From: Octopus bimaculoides
Taxonomy: Eukaryota
Reading direction: 5' to 3'
Length of the DNA stretch: 52,837 nt
Assembly: GCF_001194135.2 (NCBI RefSeq)
Contig: NC_068984.1
Location: 70,515,713-70,568,549, forward strand
Shown here: positions 50,573-52,837 of the stretch, piece by piece
How positions within the stretch are numbered: position 1 is the first letter of the stretch
Layout of the letters: the number at the start of each line of letters is the position of its first letter
The notes under the pieces: model-generated
Databases searched by the model: none
Seen by the model: the letters and a program-made list of their open reading frames with translations, nothing else
What the model was told of the DNA's origin: nothing
Program-made: the position numbers and the translations under genes

Positions 50573-50966
50573 GCCTTTGCACAGCTTCTAACGCTGGAGA
50601 TGTATTACAGTGTCAGCTGTTTACTACCAGTGTACTAAGGTAACACCTCTTATTTTTCGAGCACCTTCCGAAGCATTCGAGTGGTTCCAAGCAGTCCTGT
50701 TTTCTGCAAGTGCTCCACCCTTATTGCAGCTCCTATTTGTTCCATGTACTTCTCAAGATTTTTACTCACTGTTCACAGGGCTCCGACATTTATTGGTACT
50801 ACTGCGACCTTTTTCATCGACCACAACTGCTTAACTTCCCAAGCTAACCTGTCATATCTCTCAACTTTTCTTTCTTCTTTATTGCATACCTTGTTGTCAG
50901 CTGTGCATGCTATATCTATGATCCAGCATAGTTTGTTTTCTTTCTCAGTTAAGAATATGTCTGGCT
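50572..50966 (-). pseudogene. R4/Dong-like LINE 3' end, same family as 25291-26409, with (TAA)n on both sides
   Basis: KPDIFLTEKENKLCWIIDIACTADNKVCNKEERKVERYDRLAWEVKQLW; 3' UTR nearly identical to 26330-26409. Confidence 0.9.
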
Positions 50967-50979
50967 TATTATTATTATA

Positions 50980-51010
<31 letters not shown>

Positions 51011-51013
<3 letters not shown>

Positions 51014-52640
51014 GTTTGAATTTTATTTTGGATTTGTACAAGTTGACTGCAAGTCTCACTCAGAGACCTCAAGAGACAACAAGTTAGAAGTTCAAGTTGG
51101 TATTATGCCTAGGGTGTCGTATATTTGGTTTTGCACATGGTATTATTCCAGAGAAAGTTTAAGAAAACATAAGAAAAGTATAATTTTGTTTTAAAATTTG
51201 AGATTACATAGACAGTATTTTACGTAGGATATGGGCAGTTCCCATGAGCACAATCTTTTGAATTTCTGCCAGTTCGGTGTTTGTTGGTATCTAAGCTAGG
51301 TACCAATCAATCCCTTTTGCTATCATTCCTAGGGTACCTATGACAACAGGTATTGTTTTAGTCTTCAGGTTCCACATTTTGTCAATTTCTGTTTGAAGAT
51401 CTTTATACTTGCTCAGTTTTTAGTTGGTCTTGACAGATACATTTATGTCAAGTGGGACAGTTATATCAATGAGGAGGCATGATTTTTGTCTGAAGTCTTT
51501 CAATATAATGTTTGGCTTATTCGCATCTATCTATCTGTCAGTTTGAACGGTGAAGTTCGAGATGAGTGAGATGTGGTCATTTTCAAGCACTGGTGGTGGC
51601 TTGTGTTCCCACCAGTTTTTAACATGGGAGAGGTCTAGGTTTTTGAAAATTACCCAGTAAATATAATGTGCTGCTCTATCGTGCCTGTTGAGATACTCTG
51701 TAGGCACAAGAAGACTGTACATGGTGATAATATGATCAATGGTTTCCGTTTGTTGCTGACATACATGACATGTTGGGATACTGCCATTCTTTAATATGTT
51801 GGCCTGGTAGTTTCTTGTAGGTAGGCATTGATCTTGGGCTGCTATGATAAACCCTTCTGTTTCTGATTTTAAGCCAGAAAACACTAACTATTGATGGGTA
51901 AGGGCTTTGTCAACATCAGCATTATTAGCTCACTTTGGGTATTTGTCACTGACAGGTTTTTCTTGCCATTTATCAGTAAGAATTTCTAAAGCAGTAGTTT
52001 AGCACGGATTTTCATATGCTTAGCTTTTTCTGTGCTTGTTTCTAGTGTGTCTAATTCTGGAATTTGTTGTATTTGGAATTCACATAGATATTCCTTTGCC
52101 TGAGTATGATGCTTTCTTGTTTTCATGCTTTAAAACAAATTTTAACATCAGTTGTCAGAGTTTGTCAGGTAGGAGTTGAAGTCAATTGCTGCAATCTTCA
52201 TTGATAGTTCCAGTTGTAAAAGTCCACAACCACCCTCTTTCCTTAGCAGGTAAAGTCGTTCTATATCTGCCTTAGGGTGGTGCATTCTATGTATTGTCAA
52301 CTATTTTCTTATTTTTTTGTCAAGATTACATATTTCAGTAATTGACCAGTTAACGATGTTGAAACTGTAAGTCACAGCCAGTATAGCTAAAGTATTGATC
52401 GCTTCAATCCTGTTTCTTACATTTAGCTCTGTCTTGAGTATTGCCCTTACCCTACAATTTCATTCTCTTCTGATCCTAAGTCATCATTGAATGTTTGATT
52501 CCATCACCATCAGATACCCATAGGTATTTGTAGCACCCCACTGGTTCAACGTCCTTTATGACATTCTGTTGGTCAAGATTATCGTTGAATGTTTCTGTCA
52601 TTTTTCCTTTGATAAAAGTAGCTTTTACATTTATCAAGGC
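51011..52640 (-). pseudogene. R4/Dong-like LINE, second family (RT C-terminus, CCHC, RLE, 3' UTR)
   Basis: YKYLWV; MHHPKADIERLYLLRKEGGCGL; ETEGFIIAAQDQCLPTRNY; TCHVCQQQTETIDHII; RHDRAAHYIYW; CLLIDITVPLD; IQKIVLMGTAHILRKILSM*. Confidence 0.9.
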
Positions 52641-52676
52641 TGAATTATTATCATCATCATCATCATCATCATCATG

Positions 52677-52714
<38 letters not shown>

Positions 52715-52715
<1 letters not shown>

Positions 52716-52837
52716 TGTTTATCATAGCAGCCCAAGATCAATGACTACCTACAAAGAACTACCAGGCCAACATATTAACGAACGGCAGCTCCCCATTATG
52801 TCGTATATGCCAACAACAAAATGAGACCATCAATCAT
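52715..52837 (+). pseudogene. Inverted fragment of the same LINE family as 51011-52640
   Basis: FIIAAQDQ*LPTKNYQANILTNGSSPLCRICQQQNETINH; runs off the window. Confidence 0.85.

Overview
This is eukaryotic, AT-rich, microsatellite-dense draft-assembly DNA with four large and five 10-bp N gaps. Its SINE and RTE repeats match ones I recall from Octopus genomes, so the species assignment is an inference. There are no prokaryotic genes, rRNA, true tRNA genes or CRISPR arrays, and almost all supplied ORFs are microsatellite or gap artefacts. Most of the window is transposon debris: RTE LINEs, R4/Dong-like RLE LINEs tied to (TAA)n tracts, Penelope-like elements (PLE), a Gypsy integrase with its 3' LTR, two solo LTRs with TSDs, mariner and hAT MITEs, and at least three tRNA-derived SINE families. 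Two signals are not in the ORF track. (1) Six minimal type I hammerhead-ribozyme (HHR)-like motifs occur in four contexts: a tRNA-headed SINE-like element (13405-13700), a tandem pair (39285-39411), a 437-bp near-perfect palindrome with one HHR on each strand (45245-45681) and an isolated copy (46240-46284). A decayed seventh motif lies 3' of a PLE ORF. (2) A chain of phase-compatible 28-65 nt exon candidates on the + strand (15280-29753) may belong to an unidentified host gene. All RNA structures and splice models were read by eye and are untested.
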